64,000 nucleotides of DNA, taken from positions 1-64,000 of the IMG/VR virus record IMGVR_UViG_3300042863_003045. The stretch is one strand, 5' to 3'. The notes beneath the pieces are model-generated. The model had not been told where the DNA came from, made no database searches, and saw only the letters and a list, made by a program, of their open reading frames with translations. Of the stretch, positions 1-10,265 are shown in pieces. The stretch's first letter is position 1; the number at the start of each line of letters is the position of its first letter. Origin of the DNA: a virus. The translations under genes were made by a program, and so were the position numbers.

Positions 1-1618
1 CAATATTCAAAGATCTTAAATCCTCTCTGAATTTATCAACTGCTGATGCCAATGTTATATTAGAAGAAATAGTCCATCCCTGTATGAATTCAAATTCATC
101 AGATGTGAGATAAACATCAGTTGATGATATCGTTTCGGATGTTGGATTTGGCAAAACCGGTACATATGTCGGTGAATCCGACCAAAATTGATTATCATCT
201 GGAGTTGCATTTGTCCTCGGTGGAGTTGAAGTTAAATCAACATCTACACCACTTAACACCCAATCGTGTGTTTGAATACATTGATATATCTTATTATTCC
301 AAATTACTTGAGTGCCTAAATTATATGTTATAAGATTCGCATTTCCTAAAAACTGAGGTATATTTGCAACCGTATAATTTTGAGTATTATTTGTAGTATT
401 TTGAACATTGAATTCTACACCTGGTTTTAATATATCAGGAACTGTAACAAATTGAATAACATTTGGATATTGGAAAGAAAAAATATTTAAAGGTATTAAT
501 GTATCATAGAAATCCACTATTCCGGTATAGATAATAGGTAGATCAGTTAACATTTTAATTCGTATAGATAAATTACTACCAGTTAATAATGTTGATATTG
601 TACCAACGGTTATAGTTAAATCATCAATGACTGTTGTTCCACCAATATTAAACCCATCTATTGTTATTATTTGTCCAACAGAGTATCCAGATCCAGAATC
701 TGTAACAATAACAGAATCAACAATACCAGATAATACTGTAACTTCAAATTCTGCGCCGTTTGTATCGATAACAGTATAAACACTATCAGTCAATGTCGAT
801 GATGTTGATAAAAATGATATTGTATCAATAGAACCAACTAAAGTAAGGGATACAAATTCAATATGTTCTAAATCAAGAATATTCTCATTTTCAACTGTAA
901 CTACCTGGACATCTTCATATCTTTTTGGTATGCCATTTGTAGAATCCCTATAATTATCATTTCTAAATGAATTTACAATATTGAACTTTCTACCTTGATA
1001 TATTCTATTGAAAAAATCTTGTTCGTTCCAAGTTGATAGATTTGAGGTGTTTATATTTGGTGGTAATAGAAAACTATAATCATAGATACCAATTGCATTA
1101 ACAGCTGATATTGTTTCTGTATAGTTATAAGTAGTAAACGGATATGTGAATGTGAAAAATGCGTTATCATCCACTGAGATTATAAGTATCGCATCTCTTT
1201 TAGATTGCACTACTGTATATAATCTATTTGGATCATTGAATTCAAATATCGTCTGATTAAATCGAATGAGAGTGCCAACCGGAAATTTCTCATGAAATGC
1301 AACTCCAAAAATCCATTTGGAAAAATAATCCGACCTATTATTTGTAGGTTCAATAGAAGTTATATTTTGATTTAAGAATGGAGCGTTATAAAAATGAAAT
1401 CCAAATTCATTGAAAAGCTGGAACCTTCTTAAAAATAAAGAATTGAAATCCTCAAATTCAAATGAAGGTACTTTTTCAAAAGTATAAAGAGCTTGTGTTT
1501 TAAAAGTATCATTAGAATTCTCGTGAAATAGTATATCACCTTCATATCTTTCTAAACCATTATTCCAATTGAAATTTAGAAAATTTCCTTCTTTATCGTA
1601 AAAAATAAGATTATCCAT
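1..1618 (-). CDS. Large structural protein (baseplate/tail-like); 3' end runs off the window
   Basis: Not in the ORF track. ATG at 1618 reads MDNLIFYDKEGNFLNFNWNNGLERYEGDILFHENS..., beta-rich, with a SGSGYSVGQIITIDG segment typical of T4-like baseplate proteins; TATATA box just upstream. Confidence 0.6.
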   Translation of the reverse strand, partial: MDNLIFYDKEGNFLNFNWNNGLERYEGDILFHENSNDTFKTQALYTFEKVPSFEFEDFNSLFLRRFQLFNEFGFHFYNAPFLNQNITSIEPTNNRSDYFSKWIFGVAFHEKFPVGTLIRFNQTIFEFNDPNRLYTVVQSKRDAILIISVDDNAFFTFTYPFTTYNYTETISAVNAIGIYDYSFLLPPNINTSNLSTWNEQDFFNRIYQGRKFNIVNSFRNDNYRDSTNGIPKRYEDVQVVTVENENILDLEHIEFVSLTLVGSIDTISFLSTSSTLTDSVYTVIDTNGAEFEVTVLSGIVDSVIVTDSGSGYSVGQIITIDGFNIGGTTVIDDLTITVGTISTLLTGSNLSIRIKMLTDLPIIYTGIVDFYDTLIPLNIFSFQYPNVIQFVTVPDILKPGVEFNVQNTTNNTQNYTVANIPQFLGNANLITYNLGTQVIWNNKIYQCIQTHDWVLSGVDVDLTSTPPRTNATPDDNQFWSDSPTYVPVLPNPTSETISSTDVYLTSDEFEFIQGWTISSNITLASAVDKFREDLRSLNI

Positions 1619-1649
1619 TAATTATATATAAAAATAGATCTTCTCAATT

Positions 1650-1657
1650 AATATATA
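1650..1657 (+). promoter_or_regulatory. Putative phage late promoter AATATATA (representative; recurs before most structural and leader-bearing genes)
   Basis: Same box shortly upstream of starts at 1677, 2351, 8580, 10266, 28306, 38606, 39307, 46409, 51781, 55268, 57167 and others. Confidence 0.6.
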
Positions 1658-1676
1658 ACAAAAATAAATTCAAAAA

Positions 1677-2330
1677 ATGGATATAAAAGATTTCAGTGAT
1701 TTGTTAAAAAACAACACAGTAATAAAAACTGATGAAAAGGAAGTAGAAAAACAATTAAAAAGTGTTAAGAAATTTTCAGACTTTGGATTTAATCCATCAG
1801 AAAATTTGAAATTTCACTTAGAAAATAAAATGTCTGTACTTGATAATGTTTTTAGACCAGGATCAGAAGCATTCTACGAACTACTCACAGAATCAAGAAA
1901 ATTTATAGATATATTAAATGAAAATGATAGAGAATTATTCCAAACAACAGATCTAGGAGAATTTGCAATGTACGAAGGTGAATTGGTACCACTTGATCTA
2001 CCAATGGAAGATTTAGAATCTTTATATGAAGCAGAATATAAAGGCAGAGAAGTAGAATTGAATAAACCAACAAGAAGCTCTGGCCCTAAGAAGTATAAAG
2101 TTTATGTTAAAAATCCAAAAACAGGTAGAGTTAAAGTAGTTAATTTTGGCGATGTTAAAGGTGGATTGACCACAAAGATTAATGATCCAGCAGCGAGACG
2201 CAGTTTTATTGCACGCCACAATTGCAGACGAAACTGGAAACCATCAGATAAACTTTCAGCAGGCTACTGGTCGTGTCATCTCCCCAGATATAAGAACATT
2301 TTTTCTGGTTCTTATAGTGGTCTCTGGTAG
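1677..2330 (+). CDS. Conserved T4-like phage protein (probable head-associated)
   Basis: C-terminal KKYKVYVKNPKTGRVKVVNFGD...RRSFIARHNC...AGYWSC block is common in T4-like phages; IKDFSDL and VKKFSDF leader-like motifs. Confidence 0.55.
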   Translation: MDIKDFSDLLKNNTVIKTDEKEVEKQLKSVKKFSDFGFNPSENLKFHLENKMSVLDNVFRPGSEAFYELLTESRKFIDILNENDRELFQTTDLGEFAMYEGELVPLDLPMEDLESLYEAEYKGREVELNKPTRSSGPKKYKVYVKNPKTGRVKVVNFGDVKGGLTTKINDPAARRSFIARHNCRRNWKPSDKLSAGYWSCHLPRYKNIFSGSYSGLW

Positions 2331-2350
2331 AGATTAATATATATAATCAA

Positions 2351-2938
2351 ATGAAACATTTACAATCCTATAAGTTATTTGAATCTATTATTTCTGAAAA
2401 ATTGTATCATGGCAATCGAAAAGGCGATTTTCCCCCAGAAAAAAGAAGGTTTGCAGGATCAATATTTCTAACAAATAATTTAGAATTTGCTAAAAACTTT
2501 GCTGAACTTGATGAAAGAGAAGAATTTCCTAATGGATCAGTTTGGGAAGTCAATCTAAAACCTAATCTGAGAATATGTAATCCAATGAAGTCTGAAATGA
2601 TGAAAGAATTAAATCTCAAATCATTATTACAAAAAATGATAGATGGAGAGTTTGAAGATCCAACCAACGGAAAAAAATTCAAATCAAATAGAGGAAAAGG
2701 ATTCAAAGGATATGATTATGAAACAGATAAAGAATTTGATTTAGAAGATACCTCAGAAAGTGTATTTAATTATCTTTGGTTGATAAAAAACGGATCTTGG
2801 CAAATAATAGAATCCGAACCTATAATTTCTGAAATAAAATCCAAAAAATATGATGGATTTGAGGTTATTGAAAAAGGATCCAAGAATGTTGCCATTTTTG
2901 ATGAGAAATCTATTTTAAATTTTAAAAAAATATTATGA
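2351..2938 (+). CDS. ADP-ribosyltransferase-like protein with capsid-targeting-like leader
   Basis: LYHG...GSIFLTNNLEFAKNFA...YDGF...NVAIFD pattern of ART-fold proteins; N-terminus MKHLQSYKLFES. Confidence 0.55.
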   Translation: MKHLQSYKLFESIISEKLYHGNRKGDFPPEKRRFAGSIFLTNNLEFAKNFAELDEREEFPNGSVWEVNLKPNLRICNPMKSEMMKELNLKSLLQKMIDGEFEDPTNGKKFKSNRGKGFKGYDYETDKEFDLEDTSESVFNYLWLIKNGSWQIIESEPIISEIKSKKYDGFEVIEKGSKNVAIFDEKSILNFKKIL

Positions 2939-3210
2939 CACTACCATTCATAGAAGAAAAAATATCAGAAAATACTTTCATACGTACTTTCAAAAAAGAT
3001 ACAGATTCAGGAGAGCTGACTTGGCATCGAGACTATGAGAATCGAATTATTGAATCAATCGGAGAAACAGATTGGATGTTTCAAATGGATAATGAACTAC
3101 CAAAAATAATATCTGAAAAAATATATATACCTAAAGGAATATATCATAGAATAATAAAAGGAAATGGTGATCTTAAAATAAAATTAATAAAACTAAATGA
3201 AGTATATTAA
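2935..3210 (+). CDS. Small cupin-fold protein
   Basis: WHRDxExR...IYIPKGIYHRIIKG cupin motifs; ATGA overlap with upstream gene. Confidence 0.6.
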   Translation: MTLPFIEEKISENTFIRTFKKDTDSGELTWHRDYENRIIESIGETDWMFQMDNELPKIISEKIYIPKGIYHRIIKGNGDLKIKLIKLNEVY

Positions 3211-3215
3211 AAAGA

Positions 3216-4334
3216 TTAATCAACATTCCTGAAATTCTCATTATAGATTCTTATTATTTCATCATACTCTTCAATAATACCTGATGTGAAATTCTCATTA
3301 TCATATTTCTGAGATTCAATATATTTTCTTATAAACTCTTCGTAATCCAATTTTATTGATATTTCAATTTGCTCATTTATGGATTCTATAAGATTTTCAT
3401 CTTTAGTTTCTACTTCTTTTACAATATCATCCAAATACTCAACAGAAGAGAAATTTCCTACTTGTAAGAGACTTTCTAGCTTTCTACGTAGTTTTCTATT
3501 ACTTACCAATAGATTGTTTGATATAAGAAGATCTATATAGTCTTTTGAATCTTTTAATTCATCTAATCTATCTATGTCTGATTCTTGAACTACTTTGAAT
3601 TTTTTGAATACTGGTGAGACATTATTAGGATAGAATTCTTCTGAACCATTCTCTGTATCTATTACAAATATTCCTTTTTGGTTGTCGATATCATTTCTAT
3701 CCATCTGAAAAATCGATCCAACAAAAGTAAATTGTTTGTTAGTCTGTGTTAAATGTATGTGACCAGATCTAACTTTTTTGAAAGTACTGAACTCTTCTAT
3801 GTCAATCTTATCATTATTTTTATGTGCAACCGAAGTTAAGTGCATCTTACAACCATTCAAATCTGAATGACAAAAAAGATAGTCACAATTTTTATTATCA
3901 TTTATGAGTTTTATTTGATCGAGACGATTCTCAATATAAGGCATCATCAAAATTTTCAAACCATTATATTCAAGTATATCGGCACTATCATAAATTTTAA
4001 CGCTTGGTATATGTTTGAAAGGTCTAACTGTATTGATTTCAGATGCGCTTTTAGACCAAAGATCGTGGTTACCAACAATAATATGAAATGGTGCTATTTT
4101 AGATATTTCTTCAACAATATCCATGCCATAATTAAGAAGGTTTATTGGAATAACATTTCTGTTATCAAAAAGATCTCCTAAATGTACAATTATATCACCA
4201 GCTCCTACTCTCTCTTTTAAAAGAGGTATTAAAAAATTAGAAAAGTATTGTTTGTGGATTTTATGCCACTTATCTACTGAATTTGGATATCCCAACCCAA
4301 TATGGGTGTCTCCGATAAGAAATATTTTACTCAT
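3216..4334 (-). CDS. Recombination nuclease subunit, T4 gp47/SbcD/Mre11-like
   Basis: GDTHIG, HLGDLFD, VGNHD and SGHIH metallophosphoesterase motifs; 372 aa. Confidence 0.85.
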   Translation of the reverse strand: MSKIFLIGDTHIGLGYPNSVDKWHKIHKQYFSNFLIPLLKERVGAGDIIVHLGDLFDNRNVIPINLLNYGMDIVEEISKIAPFHIIVGNHDLWSKSASEINTVRPFKHIPSVKIYDSADILEYNGLKILMMPYIENRLDQIKLINDNKNCDYLFCHSDLNGCKMHLTSVAHKNNDKIDIEEFSTFKKVRSGHIHLTQTNKQFTFVGSIFQMDRNDIDNQKGIFVIDTENGSEEFYPNNVSPVFKKFKVVQESDIDRLDELKDSKDYIDLLISNNLLVSNRKLRRKLESLLQVGNFSSVEYLDDIVKEVETKDENLIESINEQIEISIKLDYEEFIRKYIESQKYDNENFTSGIIEEYDEIIRIYNENFRNVD

Positions 4335-4357
4335 ATGTTAAAGGACGGAATTATTTT

Positions 4358-4585
4358 TTATATATATGTTATATTTAAAAAATAAAATAAGTTATAATAG
4401 TCTATAAAATCTAATTTATGGTCTCTAAAATAATAGTAATGTATTGGTCTCAACTTCTTACCAATTGAATTAACTTCCGTTGTTTTCAAATTTTCTAGAG
4501 ATTCCTTGATTATATCAAAATGTTTTAGATCCAAAGTTGATATTTTATCAATCATGTAGTTAATATATTCTTCTTTATATTTCAT
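4358..4585 (-). CDS. Hypothetical protein
   Basis: 75 aa ORF co-directional with the gp47-like gene. Confidence 0.45.
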   Translation of the reverse strand: MKYKEEYINYMIDKISTLDLKHFDIIKESLENLKTTEVNSIGKKLRPIHYYYFRDHKLDFIDYYNLFYFLNITYI

Positions 4586-4630
4586 TTATATCAATTATTT
4601 TTTCTTTAATCCTACATTATTTAAAATATA

Positions 4631-4662
4631 TTTGGCAAAGTTATAAAATTTAACTAAATTTG
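4631..4662 (+). promoter_or_regulatory. Bacteroidota-type primary-sigma promoter (TTTG...TAAATTTG)
   Basis: TTTG at 4631 and TAnnTTTG at 4655-4662 upstream of 4681. Confidence 0.55.
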
Positions 4663-4680
4663 TAGTCTAATAATTAAACT

Positions 4681-5037
4681 ATGATATATCTATTTATTAC
4701 TTTGTCAATATACAATCTTATGTTAGTTTCGAATAGCTTTCTTTTTTATGAAATGGACGTAGATTTTAAAAAAAGTAAGAAACTTACTTATGATACGATC
4801 GTTGGTGGTATATTTACTGGATTGTATTCTATTTCTAGAGGAGTGTATTTCTATCTTTTATTGTTCTTTTCTATTATTGGATTTATAAGCAACAGTCAGT
4901 ATTATATGTTTTTCATTGTGTTATTTATATTGAAAGTTCTAAGATATACAATTGAAAACAAATACATATACACTATACTAACGATAACATCACTTCTTGT
5001 TTGTTTATATGCTTCATTCTTAATTTTTATTGCATAA
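4681..5037 (+). CDS. Hypothetical multi-pass membrane protein
   Basis: Several hydrophobic segments in 118 aa. Confidence 0.6.
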   Translation: MIYLFITLSIYNLMLVSNSFLFYEMDVDFKKSKKLTYDTIVGGIFTGLYSISRGVYFYLLLFFSIIGFISNSQYYMFFIVLFILKVLRYTIENKYIYTILTITSLLVCLYASFLIFIA

Positions 5038-5066
5038 AAAAGTCTCGATTAATCGAGACTTTTTTT
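5036..5066. terminator. Bidirectional intrinsic terminator
   Basis: AAAAAAGTCTCGATTAATCGAGACTTTTTT palindrome between convergent genes. Confidence 0.75.
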
Positions 5067-5089
5067 ATATTATATGATTCGTGATTAAT

Positions 5090-6031
5090 TTATATTTTAA
5101 AATTTCTAAAACTTTTAATCAATCTTCCCTCTTTAACTGGTTCTTGTGTAGAATTATATCCCGCAACACCGGCTGTCCATGCTTCACCAAGATTTGTCTT
5201 TAATGTTTCAATTCCGGATTTCATAGCATCTACTAAGTCTTCACCAATTTCATATGTTTTCTTAGTCATTATATAAGTTGCGTAGAATGGTAAAGACACT
5301 AATCCTAATATTAATTTCCCACTATATTTCGCTACGTCTATTGTACCATCTTTAATTTTACCCATCATTGCTAACATTCCCTCACCAATACTTTTCAATC
5401 CTTCAAATGTACTTTTCTTTGCCGATTCTGCAGCTTCAGATAGTTCTGATGACTTTTGTTGTAGTGACTTTTTAAACTCTTCTTTATTATTAACAGCCCA
5501 TGCTGATACAGATTTATATGTATTAGCTAGTCCAATTGCCATTTTTTTATATATTTGAATTGCGGTATCTTTAGCAGCTTTAATCCATTCTCCACCTTTT
5601 TCTTTTCCCTTTTTATAAACCTCCGCGATCTCTGATCCAATAGTAGTTGATAGAATCACCACACTGTCCCATAATTGACCAGGTGCCTTCTTTATTGCCT
5701 CAATTCCTGAATTTATAGCATTTGAAATTTTATCTACTAATTCTTTTCCAATTTCTAAAGCTTTTTTACCTAACTCCATACCTTTGTCATAAACATCCGA
5801 ACCCAATTTTTGAATTGATGAAACAGCTCCAGAAACAGCATTTTTGGTATTACCTACAGCCTGTCCAGTTGAACTGGCAAGTGATTTTACTTTATCCCAA
5901 AATCCTTCTAATAGTAAAGAATATTCTTTACTTGAGTATGATTCCTTTAGAGAATTAAGTTCTTGATAAACTTTGTCCATTTTACGGTTGTATGTATAAA
6001 ATGACTCGTTAATTTGTAATTGATAGTTCAT
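5090..6031 (-). CDS. Helical hypothetical (probable internal virion) protein
   Basis: LLLEGFWDKVK motif, amphipathic helices, C-terminal RLIKSFRNF leader-like motif. Confidence 0.55.
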   Translation of the reverse strand: MNYQLQINESFYTYNRKMDKVYQELNSLKESYSSKEYSLLLEGFWDKVKSLASSTGQAVGNTKNAVSGAVSSIQKLGSDVYDKGMELGKKALEIGKELVDKISNAINSGIEAIKKAPGQLWDSVVILSTTIGSEIAEVYKKGKEKGGEWIKAAKDTAIQIYKKMAIGLANTYKSVSAWAVNNKEEFKKSLQQKSSELSEAAESAKKSTFEGLKSIGEGMLAMMGKIKDGTIDVAKYSGKLILGLVSLPFYATYIMTKKTYEIGEDLVDAMKSGIETLKTNLGEAWTAGVAGYNSTQEPVKEGRLIKSFRNFKI

Positions 6032-6190
6032 ATTTTATTTTTTTTTTTACCTTTTAGGTTACTTTATTTATATATATTATACTCAAAAAATGGGTTTTTG
6101 TAATTTTTCAAAATCAAAATTTTGGATTTGCACTATCAATAACTTTAAATGGTTTATTTATTTCCCCACCAGCGTAATAATAAAGTTTCA

Positions 6191-6253
6191 TCACATCTTT
6201 GATATAGAAAATAATTTACTTATAAAATCCTCATAAAGTTTTAAATGTTTCAT
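6191..6253 (-). pseudogene. Leader-only remnant MKHLKLYEDFISKLFSISKM*
   Basis: Intact leader followed by an early stop; an out-of-frame continuation (MKLYYYAGGEINKPFKVIDS...) runs to about 6114. Confidence 0.45.
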
Positions 6254-6266
6254 TATTTAGTATATT

Positions 6267-7004
6267 TTATTTTTTTGTATAAAAACTATAAGTATCTTGT
6301 TGAAAACTTGAATTCGGTCCACTCATTGTTACCTTTTTATGTATCACATCTACATATTTCTCACCAATTTCTTTCCAATAACTAAATTTTTGCCAAAACC
6401 AATCTTCATGTTTCACTTCAATCATAGTTTTCCTTATTTGTTCAATATACTTACTTGATAATTCTTTATTATTCCAATCTAAATCTATTGATCCATCTTT
6501 CAAGTCAATTAAAGCTGCTTGTGTTTTAACATCAAGATCCAAATCATCGGAAAATCCTATCATCGCATCTAACATTCCAGAATCAATTCCAAATTCTTCT
6601 AAACTAACAGGTTGACCTGTTGTCTGTGAATAAGCAACCACCGCAGTTATTAAAATAATCAGTAGTATAGTAAATACAATAATAACTGCTTTAAATAATT
6701 TAGGATATTTTTCTTTAAAATCTTTTACTCTTTTTAATACTGCTAATATAAGTTCAAAGATTTTTTTACTATATCTTTTCAAATTCTCAATAATCTTTTC
6801 AAAGACATAGGATTCAACTTCAAGTTGTTTTAGAATCCAATCTGATATTTTTTGAAATACACTTTCAGTTATATTTTTTCCTTTATCTAAGAAAGATTTA
6901 AAATCAGTAATGATATTCTCATTTATTTTACTTTCTAATCTATCTAATAGATCATCTGCTGTTATTCTAGACTCAAGATATAATTTAAAATTGTCTGTTT
7001 TCAT
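6267..7004 (-). CDS. Hypothetical protein with one TM helix and leader-like N-terminus
   Basis: MKTDNFKLYLES; AVIIVFTILLIILITAVVA. Confidence 0.6.
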   Translation of the reverse strand: MKTDNFKLYLESRITADDLLDRLESKINENIITDFKSFLDKGKNITESVFQKISDWILKQLEVESYVFEKIIENLKRYSKKIFELILAVLKRVKDFKEKYPKLFKAVIIVFTILLIILITAVVAYSQTTGQPVSLEEFGIDSGMLDAMIGFSDDLDLDVKTQAALIDLKDGSIDLDWNNKELSSKYIEQIRKTMIEVKHEDWFWQKFSYWKEIGEKYVDVIHKKVTMSGPNSSFQQDTYSFYTKK

Positions 7005-7007
7005 AAA

Positions 7008-7385
7008 TTATATATTAAATACTCTTTTAAAATTTTCAGGAGCTAAATCTAAATCCAATATCCTAACTTTAATCATCTCATTATTTTCTAAAGCCTTTAC
7101 AATTCTATGTTGACCATCTAAAATAGATTTGATTTCTCCTTTACTCGATAAAAGAATAACCGGATATTTTAAATCAGCAGATTGTACTCTATTAGGATCT
7201 CTTTTAACATCAATTAAAAGATGTTTAATTTCATTAGGATCCATTTCTCTGCCATTGTCTAAATAATCTAAAATATCGTCTAAAGTAAGTCTAATAGTCT
7301 CATCATCAATTTCAGCTTCCCAAAAAGATTCTTTACCTGTTCCTTTAGGTTGTTCAAAATCTTCAAATAATTTTAAATGTTTCAT
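7008..7385 (-). CDS. ParB/Sulfiredoxin-like domain protein with leader
   Basis: ADLKYPVIL...ILDGQHRIVKA; MKHLKLFEDFE. Confidence 0.7.
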   Translation of the reverse strand: MKHLKLFEDFEQPKGTGKESFWEAEIDDETIRLTLDDILDYLDNGREMDPNEIKHLLIDVKRDPNRVQSADLKYPVILLSSKGEIKSILDGQHRIVKALENNEMIKVRILDLDLAPENFKRVFNI

Positions 7386-7392
7386 ATTTAAT

Positions 7393-8580
7393 TTATTTAT
7401 TTCTAACTATACCTATTAATGTACTTAACTCTTTTTGCATTTCCAGTAAGTTTGATAAAGAATCTGTTTGTATTTTATCAAATTCTAATTCACTTATTAA
7501 TTTTCCACTTTCATTTACACCGGTTAATATGGTTTCTAAATTAAATTGAAATTTGCTTAGATTATCATATAACACATCTAGAGTATTTTTTAACCCATTT
7601 GCTATCTTATCAATTCTTTCATCTATTTCAATAATTGGCAAATCATATACAAAATAATTTGTTTTATTTGAATATTCTCTAAATTTAGAAGGACTAAAAT
7701 CATTCGTCCATATTGATTCACCTTCTTTATTTTTACTTGGTTTTACTCTAAAATTATTAACATAGTTTTCTGATTCTTCATCAGTTCCATTTAGCACGAA
7801 TACTTTAATTCTATCTGCGAATTTAAGTCCAACTATATAATATTCTAAATATTTATCATTATCCATAACTATACTAGACTTTGAATCAAAATTAAGTAAT
7901 TTAACCTGATATCTATTATTTTGTGAATCAATAATATCAATCGGAGAATTATCTTCCTTTACTGTAGATCTAGAAATTAATCCAGCAATATAAGATTCAA
8001 ATAAAAATCCAGAAGATGCTGGATCAAAATGCACCTTTAGTTCATTAAGATAATGTAGCATCATTATAGCTGACATTTCTTTTCTTATTGTCTCACTGGA
8101 TCTTTTTCTAAGTTGAATATCACTCCTTCCCAAAACTTCTAATCTATCCTTAAACCCTTCTATCCCAGTTTTTTTTGTAACACCTGATGAATATCTTCTT
8201 ATTTTTTTAATTACTTCCATGTCTATTTTAACATTAACCCATCCCGTTGGTAATAGTGGAAGTAATTTTGTATAATTTTCTTCTGTGTTCCAAAATTTTC
8301 TATTGGTATTTGCATTTATAACTGGTAATTTTTTACCATTTAGTAATATATTACCCCTTTCATCTTTATCTAAGAAAGTGAATAACTTGCCAGATCTATC
8401 AATGGCCGCAATATATTCTTTATTATCAGATCCCAAAATTCTATTAACACCAAATGTATCTAAATTTCCTTTTATAGGCAAATCGCGTTTAAATTTTACT
8501 TCACCATCTTCTCCAATAACTAAATCAAAGTGTTTAATCTGATAAGCCTCATTAAAATGGCTAAATTTTATTATTTCCAT
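7393..8580 (-). CDS. PD-(D/E)xK-fold nuclease-like protein with leader (start revised to 8580)
   Basis: GFLFESYIAGL...PIDIID...YQVKL (E..D..QxK); MEIIKFSHFNE follows an AATATATA box. Confidence 0.5.
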   Translation of the reverse strand: MEIIKFSHFNEAYQIKHFDLVIGEDGEVKFKRDLPIKGNLDTFGVNRILGSDNKEYIAAIDRSGKLFTFLDKDERGNILLNGKKLPVINANTNRKFWNTEENYTKLLPLLPTGWVNVKIDMEVIKKIRRYSSGVTKKTGIEGFKDRLEVLGRSDIQLRKRSSETIRKEMSAIMMLHYLNELKVHFDPASSGFLFESYIAGLISRSTVKEDNSPIDIIDSQNNRYQVKLLNFDSKSSIVMDNDKYLEYYIVGLKFADRIKVFVLNGTDEESENYVNNFRVKPSKNKEGESIWTNDFSPSKFREYSNKTNYFVYDLPIIEIDERIDKIANGLKNTLDVLYDNLSKFQFNLETILTGVNESGKLISELEFDKIQTDSLSNLLEMQKELSTLIGIVRNK

Positions 8581-8599
8581 ACTTCTATATATTAATTGA

Positions 8600-9400
8600 T
8601 CAAAATCTAAAATTCTGTGTTTTTTTCCATTCACTTAACAATCTTAGAGCTTCTTCTTTAAACATATCAAATTTATTTGGATTTTCGACAAATCTATCCT
8701 GAAGTCGTTTAATTTTTTTATTAAAATCAGACTGATAAAATTGTACTATGTTTTCTGATGGTATCCCCAATCTTTTAAAATCATCTTTCACTAAAAGAGG
8801 TTCATTTTTATAAGGCTTTGGTTCCTTTTTTGGAGCTTCATACTTTTTAATAATAACATCACTATCTGTCCAAACAAATAGTTTTTGTTTTCCAAAAAAC
8901 TTACTTTTTTTCAAGTCTTCAATTGTTCCAGTTCCAATAACTTCATATTCTATACAATACTCAGCCATTTTATCTAAATCTCCTTGATCATCATCATATG
9001 GATAATTCAAATCTTTATATTCTGAATTCAATAAATCTTGAATATCCGGATTATTTCTCTCACTATAAATAGAATGCCCTTTATAAAACCAATCGTTGAT
9101 AAAACAGAAAAAAGACCAACCTAATTTAGATTGATCGTCAATCTGAATCTCATATATGAAATCTCCGTATAGACCTTTATAATCTGGATTAAAGGCCAAA
9201 GAATCCATAAAATGAACACATCTATGTTTATCTGGAAATCCATTTTTAACTAAAACTCTATTTACATTTTCAGGACCCACCATTTTTCTAAGTTTTGGTG
9301 TGAATTGCATTAATTGATTATCTCCTAATAAATCAAACTGATTGAAACGATAAAATTTTGGTTCTTCAATAAATTTTTCAAATAATTTTATATACTTCAT
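8600..9400 (-). CDS. Hypothetical protein with leader
   Basis: MKYIKLFEKFIEE; 266 aa. Confidence 0.6.
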   Translation of the reverse strand: MKYIKLFEKFIEEPKFYRFNQFDLLGDNQLMQFTPKLRKMVGPENVNRVLVKNGFPDKHRCVHFMDSLAFNPDYKGLYGDFIYEIQIDDQSKLGWSFFCFINDWFYKGHSIYSERNNPDIQDLLNSEYKDLNYPYDDDQGDLDKMAEYCIEYEVIGTGTIEDLKKSKFFGKQKLFVWTDSDVIIKKYEAPKKEPKPYKNEPLLVKDDFKRLGIPSENIVQFYQSDFNKKIKRLQDRFVENPNKFDMFKEEALRLLSEWKKTQNFRF

Positions 9401-9413
9401 ACTACTATATATA

Positions 9414-9441
9414 AAAAAATCCGATAATTATCGGATTTTTT
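9414..9441. terminator. Intrinsic terminator after tail tube gene
   Basis: AAAAAATCCGATAATTATCGGATTTTTT palindrome. Confidence 0.75.
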
Positions 9442-9508
9442 GTTTTTTAAAAAGAATTATTTTTTCACCAATTGAATATCAATATTCAAAAAATGACTTT
9501 TTGAAATT

Positions 9509-10135
9509 TTAGTATCCAGCAACAAATGGTGGAGATACTGTAAAGTTATTATCAATGTACTCGTCAATGAAGTAGTCAGAAATCCACTTTCCAGTAACAT
9601 TATCAAGATCGCCACCTCCAATCCATTCTAGTGATCCAAATCCTGATAGATCGAGTAATTGACAGTTCTGGAAAGTAACTCTTCTTAAAACGAGACCTTT
9701 TTTATCATGTTGATTTACTATAATAGTTCCTATAAGATCTGCCTTATAATGTAAATATCCGTTCTGAGAGTTCCAAGCCAGATCATACCAAGCTCTTAAC
9801 GTATTCCAAACTTCCATTGAACCTTGGTTATTAACATTCACATTGAACTTTATACTCGGTTCAGTAGTAGTTGAATCAGGTCCTGCCTTAACAAATGCTC
9901 TATCAGTATATTTAAACTTCTGCATAGTAGTACCAAGTGTCTTATTTGTCAGACCTAAATCTATACTTGAAGCCTGTTGAAGTAAAAGAACAGCATCTCT
10001 ACCTTGTGCTTGTAATATTGTAGGTAATATAAAAGTAATCTCAAACAGATTCTTATAAACTACCTCTTGTGGTTGTGTACCAGGTCCGCCAGGCGAACCC
10101 GTCATTTGGAGTTGAGTAAAATGTGGTAATGGCAT
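9509..10135 (-). CDS. Tail tube protein (T4 gp19-like)
   Basis: MPLPHF start, NLFEITF, LRAWYDL..N.QNG, YKADLIGTIIVNQHDKKG..LRRVTF pattern; co-oriented downstream of sheath. Confidence 0.75.
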   Translation of the reverse strand: MPLPHFTQLQMTGSPGGPGTQPQEVVYKNLFEITFILPTILQAQGRDAVLLLQQASSIDLGLTNKTLGTTMQKFKYTDRAFVKAGPDSTTTEPSIKFNVNVNNQGSMEVWNTLRAWYDLAWNSQNGYLHYKADLIGTIIVNQHDKKGLVLRRVTFQNCQLLDLSGFGSLEWIGGGDLDNVTGKWISDYFIDEYIDNNFTVSPPFVAGY

Positions 10136-10265
10136 TTATCTAAATTATTTTTTATTTAACTATTTAGTTATGATTTATATATCATATCTATTTAAGTCTC
10201 TATTATATATTGATATGAAAAACTGACTTTTTTCCAAAAGACATACAATTTAATATATATTAAAG

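Noticed and set aside
121-333. 70 aa + strand ORF and the many similar short antisense or nested ORFs in the track
   Set aside because: They overlap longer, better-supported genes (here the - strand ORF from 1618)
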